Position numbers and translations under genes: made by a program. This document shows, piece by piece, positions 61,967 through 64,000 of a DNA stretch of 64,000 nt (position 1 is its first letter; each line of letters starts with the position of its first letter). Origin of the DNA: Tubulanus polymorphus. Its lineage: Eukaryota; Animalia; Nemertea. The DNA is taken from contig NC_134026.1 of the NCBI RefSeq assembly GCF_964204645.1, positions 14,666,150 through 14,730,149 of the forward strand. The letters are read 5' to 3'. Under the pieces are notes generated by a model that ran no database searches, had not been told where the DNA came from, and was given only the letters and a program-made list of their open reading frames with translations.

Positions 61967-64000
61967 TTAACACGCTAGAATCCTTTTCATAATCTCATTT
62001 TCTTTTGTTTCTTCTCTTTTGAATTTTATATATTCATCTAAATTGCAACCATACGCGACTGTGTGGATTCCATCATCTAAAATATATCTTTTATCATCAA
62101 ATGGGTTTAGACTTATCTTTTCAATTTCTTCAATATACATTTCATGATCTTCAGATCTTAAACATTTCATTTTATGTTTTCTAACTTCTTCATTAAATAT
62201 ACAATTGATGTAATCTTTAAAATGAATATTCTTTTCAACAACGCTTTTGGTTATTCCTTTTAACTTTTTAGCTTCATGTTCTTTAGTTTTATATGAATAC
62301 ATTTTAGATCTAATACCTATGAACTCTATCATTTCTTCACCACCTAATTCATCTTTAAACTTCCCGGGAACTTTTTTATTATCATTGCTAAACAATTCAT
62401 GATCTTTAGGATAGTTACTGAAATCAAAATGATGATTTAATATTTTTAAATCATCAGTTATGTTATCACTTTTTATCTTTAATATGTAAGAATCTGTATC
62501 TAGATATAAGATTTCTATATTTTTTTCCCCAAAATGGGGTTGCAATACATTATAATAGAATTCATACATCAATAGCTTTGATAACTCTAAAACTGCAGCT
62601 CCAACATAAATAGGTTTATTGAACTTCATAGAAGTTCTTTTTAATTTAACTGCTGCTAAATTTTCATCAAATATTCTATTACCTATGAATTTCGGATACG
62701 ATTGCAAATGTCTAATTCTTTTACCATTACTAACTAACTCAATATCATTTCTATTTCTTATGTTTTCACATGTTTTTCCATAGAACGCATTATTCATTAG
62801 TTTAAAGTAATCTTTTTCAAAATCAGTTTTAGCTTCAGTTCTCTGTGTAGTATTAAAATCTATATATTTTTCTAACCACTTAGATTGATTAAATGAAATA
62901 TATCTATGTACTTTTTTTAATATCATTCCTTGTCTCAAATAAAACTTCAACATTCTATAATGTACTACATAATTATATTTATCTTCTTGAGTTACCATTA
63001 ACTTTTCAGTATGAATATGATTATCGGGTTTAATTCTTTTTTGATAATTTGATAATTCTTCATGTTTAACAGTTTTATGTTCGGGACAATATTCTAGATT
63101 TCTAGATTTGAATTTAATATTTTCAGGGTATTCTAAGTCTACAACGAAGAAGTAACCAATATCTGAATCATCTGCAATATCTAGGATTCTTTTCTTCCAA
63201 TCAAATTTATCAATTTGTAAAACTTCAGTTATTTCAAACATCCCATAAGGTTGTGGTTCCATCATTGCCCAACCATAAAGATTATTTGCATCTATGTATA
63301 ATAATTTATATCCAGGATTATCATTTACATTGAAATATCTATCACCTAATACACCTGAAACACCTCCTCTTATAGATTTTTCAAATAATAGTAATTGATC
63401 TATATTTGTTAACAAATCCATTTTTATATCTGTAAATTTTAAACCACAATCCCAAGTTAATCCTGGGCTAGAATAACAATGACAAGGATCAATATTGAAA
63501 TATTTTAGGTTTACATCTCTAAACCTTTCGAATATATCGGTTAATAATAATACATCTGATTTTAAATATAAATCTACTAATTGTCCATGATTTTTAATTT
63601 CAAAATGATTCCAAATATTCAATGTTCTATTATATACTTCATCTTTAACATATTCATTTTTTAATTCATCATAGAATTGTTCTTTCAATAATTCAGTTAT
63701 TTTAAAATCATTATGATTTTTATAGAAAGAATATGGAATTGCGCCTTTATATCTCATTAATTTAAAATCATCATAATTTGGGTAATATTCTTTTAATATC
63801 TTTAATTCATCATCAACTAATGATTTTGATAAGTTATCTAATGAACTATTTAAAAATCTATATGAATCTATAAATCTTAGACAACCAAATTGGAATGATA
63901 TATAATTCTCAGATGTTTTAGCTAACATTCTAAATTTATAAGTTGGTATTTTATCTTTTGATCTATTTGAATTTAATATTTCTATTTCATTATTGATTTC
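61967..64000 (-). CDS. Protein-primed family B DNA polymerase (5' part beyond window)
   Basis: FIDSYRFL, YLKSDVLLL (ExoIII), YIDANNLYGWAM (A), KLMNNAFYGK (B), YLDTDS (C); frame stays open from 63928 to the window edge. Confidence 0.95.
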   Translation of the reverse strand, partial: EINNEIEILNSNRSKDKIPTYKFRMLAKTSENYISFQFGCLRFIDSYRFLNSSLDNLSKSLVDDELKILKEYYPNYDDFKLMRYKGAIPYSFYKNHNDFKITELLKEQFYDELKNEYVKDEVYNRTLNIWNHFEIKNHGQLVDLYLKSDVLLLTDIFERFRDVNLKYFNIDPCHCYSSPGLTWDCGLKFTDIKMDLLTNIDQLLLFEKSIRGGVSGVLGDRYFNVNDNPGYKLLYIDANNLYGWAMMEPQPYGMFEITEVLQIDKFDWKKRILDIADDSDIGYFFVVDLEYPENIKFKSRNLEYCPEHKTVKHEELSNYQKRIKPDNHIHTEKLMVTQEDKYNYVVHYRMLKFYLRQGMILKKVHRYISFNQSKWLEKYIDFNTTQRTEAKTDFEKDYFKLMNNAFYGKTCENIRNRNDIELVSNGKRIRHLQSYPKFIGNRIFDENLAAVKLKRTSMKFNKPIYVGAAVLELSKLLMYEFYYNVLQPHFGEKNIEILYLDTDSYILKIKSDNITDDLKILNHHFDFSNYPKDHELFSNDNKKVPGKFKDELGGEEMIEFIGIRSKMYSYKTKEHEAKKLKGITKSVVEKNIHFKDYINCIFNEEVRKHKMKCLRSEDHEMYIEEIEKISLNPFDDKRYILDDGIHTVAYGCNLDEYIKFKREETKENEIMKRILAC

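Larger units (their letters stand above)
48397..64000. mobile_element. Polinton/Maverick (adintovirus-like) endogenous dsDNA virus, near intact, right end outside window
   Basis: Intronless AT-rich gene-dense block with rve integrase, packaging ATPase, major and minor capsid candidates and protein-primed PolB in two convergent gene clusters; left boundary approximate. Confidence 0.93.

Overview
Repeat-saturated eukaryotic (metazoan invertebrate) DNA. It is not prokaryotic, so the TTG/GTG starts in the ORF track are mostly artefacts. 1-23 kb: five copies of a composite non-autonomous Helentron/DINE-like element. They carry a LINE RT scrap, MITEs and a 31-bp satellite, plus a 4.4-kb MULE-like insertion and a SINE, and they sit in or next to a decayed Polinton copy (17.2-24.6 kb). 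27.75-28.23 kb: the only clear host gene segment, the last exon of a divergent Orai Ca2+-channel gene (minus strand). 28.3-48.3 kb: a second decayed Polinton carrying a nest of Zator > Sola2 > hAT > Penelope (with a hammerhead ribozyme core), then a THAP/Kolobok element. 48.4-64 kb: a young, very AT-rich, near-intact Polinton/Maverick (adintovirus-like) endogenous virus with HNH, rve integrase-chromodomain, packaging ATPase, major and minor capsid and pPolB; pPolB runs off the window. Its most striking unexplained signals are: (i) 14 of its genes start with the poxvirus-type late initiator TAAATG; (ii) a GC-rich palindromic ~30-bp cassette coding GAVRHPHG sits in frame in four unrelated genes; (iii) a terminal foldback and an array of palindromic repeats; (iv) no maturation protease is visible. 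All protein and family calls are motif recognition by eye; no database search was run.
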